DNA of 59,786 nt from Candidatus Daviesbacteria bacterium GW2011_GWA1_41_61 (GTDB taxonomy: Bacteria; Patescibacteriota; Microgenomatia; Daviesbacterales; UBA10151). Shown here piece after piece: positions 17,899 through 27,313 of this stretch (positions are counted from its first letter, which is position 1; each line of letters begins with the position of its first letter). A program made the translations under genes and the position numbers. The notes under the pieces were generated by a model. The model made no database searches, had not been told where the DNA came from, and saw only the letters and a list, made by a program, of their open reading frames with translations. Location of the stretch: contig LCBT01000001.1 in the NCBI GenBank assembly GCA_000997385.1, forward strand, positions 115,707 through 175,492. Reading direction: 5' to 3'.

Positions 17899-19299
17899 AT
17901 TAAAGCAAATATCAACCTGTATCTTATTATATCTGCAGCCTTTATTCTACGTCTTCCTTTTGGCTTATCTTACCTTGAAGATTGGGATTCAGTACAACTG
18001 GCTTTAGGAATTCACCACTTCTCAATAGTTGATCATCAACCTCATCCTCCCGGCTATCCTCTATATATTCTGTTAGGAAAAATCTCCTATTTTTTGACTG
18101 GAAATGACACCGATGCCTTAACTCTTCTAAGTATTATCTTAGGCTCTTTGTCAGTAGTGCCTTTCTATTTATTGGTTAAAAAAATGTTTAATCAATCAAT
18201 AGCTTTTTTTGCATCTTTGTTATTTATTATTATCCCCATACATTGGAGGCTTTCGGAAATAGCCTTAACCGATATTCCCGGATTTTTCTTTTTACTTACG
18301 GCCGGATATTTCATTTACCTTTCCAAAAACAGTCTAAAAAAACTAACATTAAGTGCTCTATTTTCCGGATTAGTCCTAGGGTTCCGTTTTAATGAAATAC
18401 CCATACTTCTTGCTTTACTATCACTGGCACTTTTTTATCAGAAAAGAATCAAAAACATCTTGTTAGTTTTAGGGGTGTTTGTATTAGGGACAAGTTTATG
18501 GTTGTTACCTCTTATTTTCATCACCGGCTTTGGACAATTCATCAATTCATATTCATCACTTGCCTCTTATGTAGTCAAACATGACGTTTTACTTAACTCC
18601 TCATTATCCATCAAAGGCCTCTTTAAAACCAAATTAGAACAGCTTCTATATTTACTCAATTTAAGTTATACCTGGCCCATAGTTACCTTAAGTATCCTGT
18701 CATTATTTAAGCTAGTTACCAAGCGATCCTGGTGGAAAGAATATCATTTTCAGTTTTTGTTGGTGTGGACATTAGCCTATCTTACCCCCTTACTTTTTAT
18801 TTATAATCTGGAACACCCTCGTCATCTTTTACCCCTTCTTCCTCCTTTAATTATTATCTCTGTTGCCATGTTCTTTTGGTTAATACCAACCCTAAAAATT
18901 TCTATCCCGATATTTTTATTGATCTTAATGTTAGTTTTTCTGCAAGGTTGGCCACAAATTATCAAGCTGAAGCAAGATATACCGCCCACTATCCAACCGG
19001 TGCTTTTCGTCAAATCCAATTTTCATCCTCAGAATACGACTCTTATCACCTCTTTTACCTACCGCCAGTTTCAATATTACGCACCAGAATTTACCAATTA
19101 CTACAGTGATAAAATTAATAAAATTGCCGTTTCAGACGATCAGATCATCATTGTTGATTACCTAGGGTTAAAAGATAAAATATCCGGCTCCTCAACATTT
19201 AAGATAGTTGGCCAACAAAGTTTTATTGGGGATAGGAATATCTTTACCCGAGTCCCAGAGGTAAAATTATATATATTAAAAAAAGACCGCTATGAATAA
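17869..19299 (+). CDS. DUF2723/TMEM260-like GT-C membrane glycosyltransferase
   Basis: 476-aa polytopic ORF. The loop EDWDSVQLALGIHHFSIVDHQPHPPGYPLYILLGK resembles the GDSGE..LGIaHPPGYPL signature of DUF2723 proteins. Confidence 0.55.
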   Translation: MRYFNFLLTHIKANINLYLIISAAFILRLPFGLSYLEDWDSVQLALGIHHFSIVDHQPHPPGYPLYILLGKISYFLTGNDTDALTLLSIILGSLSVVPFYLLVKKMFNQSIAFFASLLFIIIPIHWRLSEIALTDIPGFFFLLTAGYFIYLSKNSLKKLTLSALFSGLVLGFRFNEIPILLALLSLALFYQKRIKNILLVLGVFVLGTSLWLLPLIFITGFGQFINSYSSLASYVVKHDVLLNSSLSIKGLFKTKLEQLLYLLNLSYTWPIVTLSILSLFKLVTKRSWWKEYHFQFLLVWTLAYLTPLLFIYNLEHPRHLLPLLPPLIIISVAMFFWLIPTLKISIPIFLLILMLVFLQGWPQIIKLKQDIPPTIQPVLFVKSNFHPQNTTLITSFTYRQFQYYAPEFTNYYSDKINKIAVSDDQIIIVDYLGLKDKISGSSTFKIVGQQSFIGDRNIFTRVPEVKLYILKKDRYE

Positions 19300-19936
19300 G
19301 CCAAAGCAAAAAACCTTAAATCAAATCTGGCAACAAGTTCCGCCTAACTATTATCATCAGGGAGTAACTAAAAATCTTTTGCAATGGATTTGGCATACCT
19401 CTAAAATCAAGGCTTTTAAACAAATTGTTCAACAAAAAAAATTTATTAAAATTTTAGATGTCGGATGCTCTGGAGGATTCATGACCAGTAAAGTGGCTGA
19501 AATTTTCCCCAGAAGCCAGGTCTTTGCTATCGATGCTTATCCCGATGCCATAAACTATGCCAAAAGTAGATTTCCTCATATTAACTTTCAAGTGGCTGAT
19601 GCCCATCACTTACCATTCCCGGAAGATAGTTTTGATTTAATCATCTGTTACGAAACTATCGAACATGTCCTCAATCCACAGAAAATTTTGCAGCAGATGC
19701 GGCGGGTAGTTAAAAAAAACGGAACGGTTATTGTGGCAATGGATTCTGGGAACTTAATGTTTAAAACTACCTGGTGGGCCTGGGAAAAAACCTTTGGTAG
19801 AGTTTGGCAGGGAGCCCACTTACACCCTTTTCATCATCAGGATTTAGAAAAAATAATTAGACAGGCAGATTTTAAAATAACTAAAAAACACTTCTCCCAT
19901 TTAGGTATGGAAGTTTCCTTCGTCTTAAAAAAATAG
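19292..19936 (+). CDS. Class I SAM-dependent methyltransferase, translationally coupled to the upstream GT-C gene
   Basis: 214-aa ORF. The ATG at 19292 overlaps the upstream TAA (ATGAATAA). Motifs ILDVGCSGG, ADAHHLPFPEDSFD, YETIEHV and VKKNG. Paralogue of 1502..2128 and 46715..47338. Confidence 0.8.
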   Translation: MNKPKQKTLNQIWQQVPPNYYHQGVTKNLLQWIWHTSKIKAFKQIVQQKKFIKILDVGCSGGFMTSKVAEIFPRSQVFAIDAYPDAINYAKSRFPHINFQVADAHHLPFPEDSFDLIICYETIEHVLNPQKILQQMRRVVKKNGTVIVAMDSGNLMFKTTWWAWEKTFGRVWQGAHLHPFHHQDLEKIIRQADFKITKKHFSHLGMEVSFVLKK

Positions 19937-19938
19937 GT

Positions 19939-21441
19939 CTAGTAAGGAAATTTTGCAGTATAAATTATAACCTTGCCTTTATTAATAGAAGGAGGGAATG
20001 GATGCATCTCCTCAAAATATACTTGGATGGTCGGATCTCCAAATAACAGCTTAAAAGCATCGGAACCAGAGAGTATATAGAATGCCTGTTTAGAAGAGCT
20101 TCCCCACTCTTTGGCGATAAAGGGATAATTGGAATCGTTTTTAATATAAAAGACCGCTCCTTTGTCCACAGAAGGATATTTTTCTTTAACATCTGCTAAT
20201 AAAACATGAGCTGCACTAGCCCTTTTGGCTGCCCAATAAGTTATCTTATTTAAGTTAATAGTTTGATAGGAGATAACTATAAAAGCAATAATAGCCAATA
20301 AACTAAAAACTTTCATTACCTTCTGTTTTTCCAAGGCCCAAGATAATGGTAATGCCAGCAAAATAGAAAACCATACAGAAGCCAGGGTGAGATAATACGA
20401 CGACTTATGTTGAGGAAAAAAGATAAATGGTAATAAGGATATAAAGTAAGACAGCGCTACAAACCAAAATATATTACTTTTTAAAAGTTGATTTTTAAAG
20501 ATAACCAGAAAGTAAGTGATTGCCAGCCCTCCAACAAGAAAAGTCGGTAAAGCTATTCTAAAAAAATTTCCATACCATTTCATTAAGTTAGGATTCACAG
20601 TCAGTTTCGGCCCAATAAAATCAACCACAAACTCTGGCATACCCGCCACCCAAAGGGTATACCAGCTTAAAGTATTGATCATACTTTTAACAGACAACAC
20701 TGGTTGGTAGACCGGCTGATCCGGCAACCTATTAAAAAGCGAAGTACTGGCTAAATAAAATAGTCCTATTACCGCAAAAGGTAACAAACGTTTTACCAAT
20801 CTTTTATCCCAGACTCTCAAATTATTGATTGTTACCTCAAGGCAAAAGATTATCCCTATCATGACGATAGAAATTTCATGGCTTAAAAGCCCTAAGACAA
20901 AAAATGATAATGATAAAAGATATTTTTTTAAACTATCGTCTGAAGATAGATAAAACAAAAGGCTGAGCAATAAAAAAAGTAACGCCAAAAGAGTTTGAAC
21001 CGAAGCTAAATAATAAAGTTCAATACTGTGAATGGAGTTAAATAAGTAAAGTACCACAGCTAATAAAGAAGTCAGAGAGCTTTTAGTAAGTTTTTGGGCA
21101 ACTAAAAAAACCAACCAGCCGCCTATCATGACTAACAGCAAATTAACCAAGTGAAATGGCAACGGATTAAGGCCAAAACTTCTGTACATTAATAAGTTAA
21201 AAGTTTCCCGGGAAAGTGGCCTATAAAAAGCGTATTCTTTTTGTAGTGAAAAAAAGAAGGAAGGTATATCCTGATAATTTTTATCCATGACTACCCGCAA
21301 ATGGAAAAAGTCATCCTGGGAAAAATACGAATGAATAGTATCTGAAAATAACAGCCAGGGTAAAAGAAATAACAGTGCTAATACGACCTTATAACGCTTC
21401 GTTAAAAGAGCGAAACGATGTAATCGCGAACGATTATTCAT
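19939..21441 (-). CDS. TMTC/DUF1736-like GT-C membrane glycosyltransferase, without TPR repeats
   Basis: Motifs FSQDDFFHL, AFYRPLSRETFNLLMYRSFGLNPLPFHLVNLLL and NSIHSIELYY. The track start at 21480 is TTG. ATG 21441 gives the locus-typical 8-nt ATGAATAA overlap with 21434..21829. Confidence 0.6.
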   Translation of the reverse strand: MNNRSRLHRFALLTKRYKVVLALLFLLPWLLFSDTIHSYFSQDDFFHLRVVMDKNYQDIPSFFFSLQKEYAFYRPLSRETFNLLMYRSFGLNPLPFHLVNLLLVMIGGWLVFLVAQKLTKSSLTSLLAVVLYLFNSIHSIELYYLASVQTLLALLFLLLSLLFYLSSDDSLKKYLLSLSFFVLGLLSHEISIVMIGIIFCLEVTINNLRVWDKRLVKRLLPFAVIGLFYLASTSLFNRLPDQPVYQPVLSVKSMINTLSWYTLWVAGMPEFVVDFIGPKLTVNPNLMKWYGNFFRIALPTFLVGGLAITYFLVIFKNQLLKSNIFWFVALSYFISLLPFIFFPQHKSSYYLTLASVWFSILLALPLSWALEKQKVMKVFSLLAIIAFIVISYQTINLNKITYWAAKRASAAHVLLADVKEKYPSVDKGAVFYIKNDSNYPFIAKEWGSSSKQAFYILSGSDAFKLLFGDPTIQVYFEEMHPFPPSINKGKVIIYTAKFPY

Positions 21442-21829
21442 CTTGCTTTCCAGGAGACGAAAAATTAATCTCAATAACAAGCAGGATTATTCCAATTATC
21501 AATGTCTCAAAAGAATAAATTGCCGCTCTTTCAGCCCAAACATCAATATTAAAAATCATAAAGAGAATGGTTAAAACCCAGAAAAATATGGCTGTCGAAA
21601 AGATAAATTTACTGTTTAATTGTAATAAGATAATTGATAAAATAATTGCCATAACCACAATAAGATTAATTGTTAAAGGAATATAAGGAGCAAAATAACC
21701 AGCCGAATAAAGAAGCAACAACAAAACTAGTACTATGGTAAAAATAAAGATCCCCAAAACTTTCTCTTGGGCCCAATTCTGCAACTGATCGTTTAAATTA
21801 AATCTGAGTTTATCTATCGATTGCTTCAT
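21434..21829 (-). CDS. Small 4-TM membrane protein of unknown function
   Basis: 131-aa ORF with four hydrophobic segments after a polar N-terminus. It is wedged between two GT-C genes, with overlaps at both ends (21826-21829 and 21434-21441). Confidence 0.6.
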   Translation of the reverse strand: MKQSIDKLRFNLNDQLQNWAQEKVLGIFIFTIVLVLLLLLYSAGYFAPYIPLTINLIVVMAIILSIILLQLNSKFIFSTAIFFWVLTILFMIFNIDVWAERAAIYSFETLIIGIILLVIEINFSSPGKQDE

Positions 21830-24800
21830 ACTTTATATCTTCTTTGACGGATTGATATTACTAGAGTTAATATCAATAAAAATACAACAGTTACAGCAGC
21901 AATCTTTATACCCAGCAGGAAAAGTTCTTGAGGATAATAAGATATCTTGATCTTATAACTTTGGGGCGTATTTTCCAAATACCAAGCGTTAGCATAAAGA
22001 TTAGCTGAAAAATGAAGCGGGTTAATGGGCAACTTCAAACCTTTCTCATCATACAGAGAAAGTTGCCAAAAAGGAGAATAGTTTTCTGAAAAAACAATCA
22101 GGTGAGGTTTATCGGCGTCTTTGATCTCTGCTTCATACAAAGTTGGTGATATTTTTTTAAATGTGACCTGGGGTGTGGACAAAATAGCGCTATTATTTTT
22201 GTTAACAAACACTAATTTATTAGAAAATACTTTATATGCTTTTATATCATCAAAAAGGACTGTTGTTCCCAGAGGATCTTTGATATAAGGCGCAGTAAGT
22301 TCAATAAAAAGATCTGATTTCGCCCTTACGGGATCATAATAAAAACTAAATACTCTCCAATTTGGATAGTTGGGCATGGTCTCTTTCCCAACCTTAAGCA
22401 ATTTATCTTGATCCCATTGAGTTATCAGTATTTGAGCATGATTACCATAGACCTGCTTATAATTTGCCTCAAAATAATAATCACTCATCGGGTTAAAAGA
22501 AGAGAGTTTAAAGATTGCAGCAATATCTGCTTTGTTGATATTGGTAATGCTTAAAAACTTCTCCATTTCTTCAGAAGAAGACTGCTCTTTGGTCTCCACT
22601 GTTTCATAAAGGCCTTCCCCTTTGCCCTCACCTCCTTTGGTAAAACCTATCTCACCATTAAAACTTCCGTACTCAACAAGATTTTTATTAACTATTTTTA
22701 TCTTTATCTGATATGTACCCTTGGGGAAAAAAACAGGATAAAAATAGACCGAAGAATCGTCTATATCTTGGATAGCCCAAAAATGTTTTTGGTTATTAAT
22801 CTCGATCTCTATTCCTTTAGTAATATCTACACCAAAATCTTCTAGTCTGTACCTTTCAAGTATGGGTTGATACACTTGATCCTCATTAAACTCAACAGTA
22901 AAAATTACTTCTGAAAGATCCCGTGATAACAAGCGGTTAGAAAGATGGGAATCCGTTTTCTTATAATCTAAAAAATTGACTACTTGGCTGTTCTGGGCTA
23001 AAACAACGCTTCCTGAAACCTTATCAATATCCACAATTTCTCTAACAATGTTATCATAAGGATTCAAAACTAAATCAGTGGATTTTAAAGCTGAAAAGAA
23101 AGGTAATTCGCTGTTATAAGGATAAGAAAAGAAGATCTTATCAGTGGTAAATATTTTGGGGGTAAATCCTAAATCGGGAAATTTATAAAATACCCATTTC
23201 CCGGATTGGAAAGAAAGATAATCCTCTGAAAGATAATCTAACTTGTAAGATACGGCTACCTGATCCTTTTTATTAAACACTAAACCAATATTTAATTTTC
23301 CGGCTAAAGACTCGGCAGCCGTTATCTCTCCTTTTTTAAGATTTAAGTAAAATTCTTCTAAAATAGAAGCAACAGGAGAATCAGGCATATTCAAAGGAAG
23401 AAACAAAGTTTCCCTATCAACTAACAGCTGGAGGACGGTCTCAATTCCCCGATAACCCCACTCAAAATTTTCCATCTCCCTGTCAGGATAACTGACTATC
23501 CGTCCCTCAGAAGCGTTTATTAGCCTGTCTTTAGATTGGATAACGTAATCTGGAAACTGGACATAGAAACTATCCGGTCTACCAGGCCTAAAGATTTTTC
23601 CTGAAATCAAAGGATAGGAATAGAAAAAATTCCCAATAATAATAGTAACGGTTAAAAGAGAAACCACCAGAGAAAAAAGTAGAAATATCTTAGAACCTGA
23701 AGTCCTTGCTCTGTTTAAATTGTAAAATAACAGGCTCACCAACCCAGCAATCGCCATAACCGTTAAAGGTGTAAAGATATACCACGGACTTCTAAAAAGA
23801 GTAAAAAATGGCAGGTGATCTAATAAAAAGCGGAAAACAGCTCCTGTAGGCAGATGGGTTCCAGCACCTAAAAAGACACCTATAACTAACATCGCCCCAA
23901 AGGCAACATAAAGATGCCGATTTTTATTTTCATATTTGAGTAAAGACAACAACGCCAATAACGGCAGGAGCAAACTGAATAAAATAAACGGTAACTTATA
24001 AAAATAGTTGGAGGCATAAGGTATGTAATAAGGAGTATTAGTTTGGGTATCGACAGGATACCAATCCCAAGCTCCTTGCAATCTTAAAACGTTTAAAATA
24101 CTGGTATTTTCCGATAAACTATCTATCCAGTTGGTAAAACCTATTTTATCTATACTGCCCGAAGATGAGATCTGATGCGAGATAAAAAAAAATGTCGGTA
24201 AAACCCAGAAAAGGTTAACCAGAAGCAGTGGGATACAAATAACCAAAAGATGTCTCAGCCTGGAGATAATAAATTGTTTGTTAAAATTACTGACAATCTC
24301 AGCTAAAATATAAAATGAAATAATGATAAAAAATGAAATGAAATAGGCAGGATTAATTCCTGCCCCCGAGAGAATAATTCCAACAGATACAGAAAATAAA
24401 ATTGCTAAACTTATAGTTATTGCTTTCTGTCTAAGCAAAACCAACAGCATTAAAGCAAAAGGAATAGCTGCCATCAAAGATAGGTTAGCAACTTTAACAT
24501 TTTCCCAAGAATTAAAAAGATAGATATTAAAAGAATACAGTGATACAAACAGCAACTGGACTAAAGGTTTTTTAGTAAAAACTACTCTGGCAAACAAAAA
24601 GGCACCTAAAACGATTAAAAAAAACCAAAACACTAAACTGATCATCTGAACTTGTTGCAAATTAAATCCTAGTTTATAAGGGATAACTTGGATCAAGTGA
24701 AAAAATAACCCAGCTGTAGAGGAGGAAAAATCTAATCCGCCATTAGCTACACTATTCCAAACATAGAATCTCCTCATAAACCAAACTTCTGGATCCAGGG

Positions 24801-24918
24801 GAAAATTGGTATCTATGCCGTTTATTAAGACATCACCTTTTTTATAAAACCACAGTAACGGGGTTAAGCCAAATAAAATAATTATCAAATAGGGCCAATA
24901 AGTAAAAAGTTTTTTCAT
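21826..24918 (-). CDS. Very large GT-C membrane glycosyltransferase, AftD/DUF3367-like
   Basis: 1030-aa ORF. The N-terminus KKGDVLINGIDTNFPLDPEVWFMRRFYVWNSVANGGLDF resembles the AftD DTKLDL..P..FL.R....WN...fG motif. About 430 aa of TM segments are followed by a ~550-aa soluble region and a terminal TM anchor (IKIAAVTVVFLLILTLVI). Confidence 0.6.
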   Translation of the reverse strand: MKKLFTYWPYLIIILFGLTPLLWFYKKGDVLINGIDTNFPLDPEVWFMRRFYVWNSVANGGLDFSSSTAGLFFHLIQVIPYKLGFNLQQVQMISLVFWFFLIVLGAFLFARVVFTKKPLVQLLFVSLYSFNIYLFNSWENVKVANLSLMAAIPFALMLLVLLRQKAITISLAILFSVSVGIILSGAGINPAYFISFFIIISFYILAEIVSNFNKQFIISRLRHLLVICIPLLLVNLFWVLPTFFFISHQISSSGSIDKIGFTNWIDSLSENTSILNVLRLQGAWDWYPVDTQTNTPYYIPYASNYFYKLPFILFSLLLPLLALLSLLKYENKNRHLYVAFGAMLVIGVFLGAGTHLPTGAVFRFLLDHLPFFTLFRSPWYIFTPLTVMAIAGLVSLLFYNLNRARTSGSKIFLLFSLVVSLLTVTIIIGNFFYSYPLISGKIFRPGRPDSFYVQFPDYVIQSKDRLINASEGRIVSYPDREMENFEWGYRGIETVLQLLVDRETLFLPLNMPDSPVASILEEFYLNLKKGEITAAESLAGKLNIGLVFNKKDQVAVSYKLDYLSEDYLSFQSGKWVFYKFPDLGFTPKIFTTDKIFFSYPYNSELPFFSALKSTDLVLNPYDNIVREIVDIDKVSGSVVLAQNSQVVNFLDYKKTDSHLSNRLLSRDLSEVIFTVEFNEDQVYQPILERYRLEDFGVDITKGIEIEINNQKHFWAIQDIDDSSVYFYPVFFPKGTYQIKIKIVNKNLVEYGSFNGEIGFTKGGEGKGEGLYETVETKEQSSSEEMEKFLSITNINKADIAAIFKLSSFNPMSDYYFEANYKQVYGNHAQILITQWDQDKLLKVGKETMPNYPNWRVFSFYYDPVRAKSDLFIELTAPYIKDPLGTTVLFDDIKAYKVFSNKLVFVNKNNSAILSTPQVTFKKISPTLYEAEIKDADKPHLIVFSENYSPFWQLSLYDEKGLKLPINPLHFSANLYANAWYLENTPQSYKIKISYYPQELFLLGIKIAAVTVVFLLILTLVISIRQRRYKV

Positions 24919-24925
24919 AAAAGAT

Positions 24926-26602
24926 CTACATATTTAGTTCACTTTTTAGTTTGTCTCGGACATTAACGGTAATATCTTGCAAGTTGCCACTGGTACCATT
25001 CCAGGAAAAAGCAAAAACTGAGTTAATACTCATATTATAATCAGTTATTGCTTTTTTCAATGCTGGAAAATCCCGGTAGTAACCAAAACCACGGCCACTA
25101 AACTCCCGATAACCTTCAGAGTCAATGTCCCACAGGAAATCATTTTGAAAAAAATCCCCGGGGAAATTTTCTGTAGGATGATACCAGATCAGTAGCATCT
25201 GCCCTACCCCAGATTGAAATGGCAAAATCTTAGGAATACCGGAGTAAGTAGAATCACTTTCAGTATAAAAAATTACCCTTTGTGGTAAATTAGGATATTG
25301 CTCTTTGATATACCCCAGCAACCTATCTCTTTCACTTCCCAACTCTTTTTGTTGATTAATTAATACTTTCAAAGACACCAGATGTCCAACTAATACTATC
25401 AAAAATATACCAAGCATCAAAGCCGCTACCAAACGCTGTAATCTAATTTTTAGATAAGCAACAGTAGCGCCAATGATTAAACTTAATCCTAAAGTTGCCG
25501 GATACAGGTAGCGGGAATCAAAATACAGCAAATATTTTTTGAGTAACAAAAAAGGGACAACTATTAAAAGTATCAATACCAAACCTAGGTAAAAAGGTTG
25601 TCTGTTTTTTATCTTTTGGTTGATCCACCACATCAAGGCTATAATCAAAAGCCCTAAGGAAAGCGTCAGTAGATCATATCTGAAACCGCTCTCTATGACC
25701 CAGGGACCTTTGGCGAAGTATTGATAGATCCCAAAAGGAGATGAAGTTATATTGGTTATATACACTAGCAAATCGTTGGGGAAAAAAATTTGGGTAAATA
25801 TTTTTACCGGTATGGTAAAAATATTATATCCCAAGATAAGGCCAAAATCTTCGGTATTTTGACTAGCCGATGTACTTAGTCCCCCAACCTTAAAAAGCAG
25901 ATAGGCAAAACGAAGGAAAATATAAAAGGCCACAACTAACCCCAGATTAAAGACACTTGACTTTTTTAATCCCTTCTTTTCTTTAAAAAGTATCAAGCCG
26001 AAAAGAACAATCAAGAAAGTTACAGCAGTTTCTTTAAAAAGCAAGGCTATTAAAATTAAACTAAGGGAAATATAAAAAAATTTCTTTTTACCTTTTTTAA
26101 AATAAAATAAAATAGTAATAAGCGACAGTAAACCAAACAGGGTTGCCAACTGGGTTCCCTCAAAAGTCCCAATCCAGGTTATGGCTTGATGATGACTACT
26201 GTTTAAAGCAAAAAATAAACTGCCCAAAAAAGCAGCCAGTCGTTTTTTGACCAACATTAAGATAAAAAAATAGATGGTAATTGAAACCATAATATGGAGA
26301 ATGATACTTACTACAAAATAAAGTGAAGAGTTTAAAGCAAAAAACTGATAGAGGCTCATTTTAAAAAATAAAGACAGTGGGGTAAAATGAGTCAGTAAAC
26401 CACTACGCAACACATTAGCTATAAACTCCTCTTTGCCCAGAGATAGCAAATAATTATAGTACCCAAAAGTATGCCACTCATCCTGTTGAAAAAAACTTTG
26501 AGGCAACTCCCAATAAGCCATTAAGGTTAACAGAAAAATTACCGTCAAAGCTAAAAGATGAGGTCTTAACAAACTTGTTTGTTGTTTACACAATAATTTC
26601 AT
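24926..26602 (-). CDS. GT-C membrane glycosyltransferase of the FxQD[DE]-loop (TMTC-like) group. Domain-minimal paralogue of 36698..38755.
   Basis: The loop FFQQDEWHTF is followed by HFTPLSLFF...ALNSSLYFVVSIILH. The C-terminal QSGVGQMLLIWYHPTENFPGDFFQNDFLWDI matches 36698..38755. The track start at 26614 is TTG. ATG 26602 forms an ATGA overlap with the upstream methyltransferase stop. Confidence 0.6.
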   Translation of the reverse strand: MKLLCKQQTSLLRPHLLALTVIFLLTLMAYWELPQSFFQQDEWHTFGYYNYLLSLGKEEFIANVLRSGLLTHFTPLSLFFKMSLYQFFALNSSLYFVVSIILHIMVSITIYFFILMLVKKRLAAFLGSLFFALNSSHHQAITWIGTFEGTQLATLFGLLSLITILFYFKKGKKKFFYISLSLILIALLFKETAVTFLIVLFGLILFKEKKGLKKSSVFNLGLVVAFYIFLRFAYLLFKVGGLSTSASQNTEDFGLILGYNIFTIPVKIFTQIFFPNDLLVYITNITSSPFGIYQYFAKGPWVIESGFRYDLLTLSLGLLIIALMWWINQKIKNRQPFYLGLVLILLIVVPFLLLKKYLLYFDSRYLYPATLGLSLIIGATVAYLKIRLQRLVAALMLGIFLIVLVGHLVSLKVLINQQKELGSERDRLLGYIKEQYPNLPQRVIFYTESDSTYSGIPKILPFQSGVGQMLLIWYHPTENFPGDFFQNDFLWDIDSEGYREFSGRGFGYYRDFPALKKAITDYNMSINSVFAFSWNGTSGNLQDITVNVRDKLKSELNM

Positions 26603-27312
26603 CGTTCTCCACAAACCACACAGTAAGAGGCATGGTATTTATCTATATAAGAGAGAAGGTTGCTTAAAGGGCTGGGCAAGGGATAAAAGGCTACTCCCCA
26701 ACTTCCCCTAACATAAAATCCATACCTTTGTAAAAGTTGTTCCAAGGCTTTAATTGTCATAACATTGAGGTGTGGATTGATGGTCACACTACTATTTGAC
26801 TGATGGTAATATTTGCCACACGGCCGGTGCCCAATAGGATAAACAGTGGACAAATATGGACCAGTATAAGGCTGGTTCCCTAAAAGAAGGGCTAAAATAT
26901 TATGATACCCCGCCAGATTTTCTGTGGAAATTATCAATCTTCCCCCTTTTTTTAAAATACGCTTACTCTCGGAAAAAAAGTTATCCAGATCTGATAAATG
27001 TTCGATAACTTCTGTCGCGGTAATACAATCAATACTATTATCAGCAAAGGTCCACTTATTATTTAAATCTACCTTTATAACCTTAATGTTTTTACTTTCC
27101 GCTTCTTTAGCTCTACTACTTACTACTTCCACCCCTAAAATATTATTTGTACCTATCTTTTGAGATCTTTCTAAAGACTTTGCCCCATCATCGCATCCTA
27201 AATCCAGATAAACCAGACTCTCGCCTCTAGGCAGAAAACTCAACACTTTCTTTTCAATTTCAAATTCCGCGCTCCTGCTTAAGAATTGAATATATTGTCC
27301 TAAAATACCCAT
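26599..27312 (-). CDS. Class I SAM-dependent methyltransferase
   Basis: Motifs YLDLGCDDG, IDCITATEVIEHL and LKKGGRLIIS. The track start at 27345 is TTG. ATG 27312 lies 1 nt after the upstream TAA. Confidence 0.75.
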   Translation of the reverse strand: MGILGQYIQFLSRSAEFEIEKKVLSFLPRGESLVYLDLGCDDGAKSLERSQKIGTNNILGVEVVSSRAKEAESKNIKVIKVDLNNKWTFADNSIDCITATEVIEHLSDLDNFFSESKRILKKGGRLIISTENLAGYHNILALLLGNQPYTGPYLSTVYPIGHRPCGKYYHQSNSSVTINPHLNVMTIKALEQLLQRYGFYVRGSWGVAFYPLPSPLSNLLSYIDKYHASYCVVCGER

Positions 27313-27313
27313 T

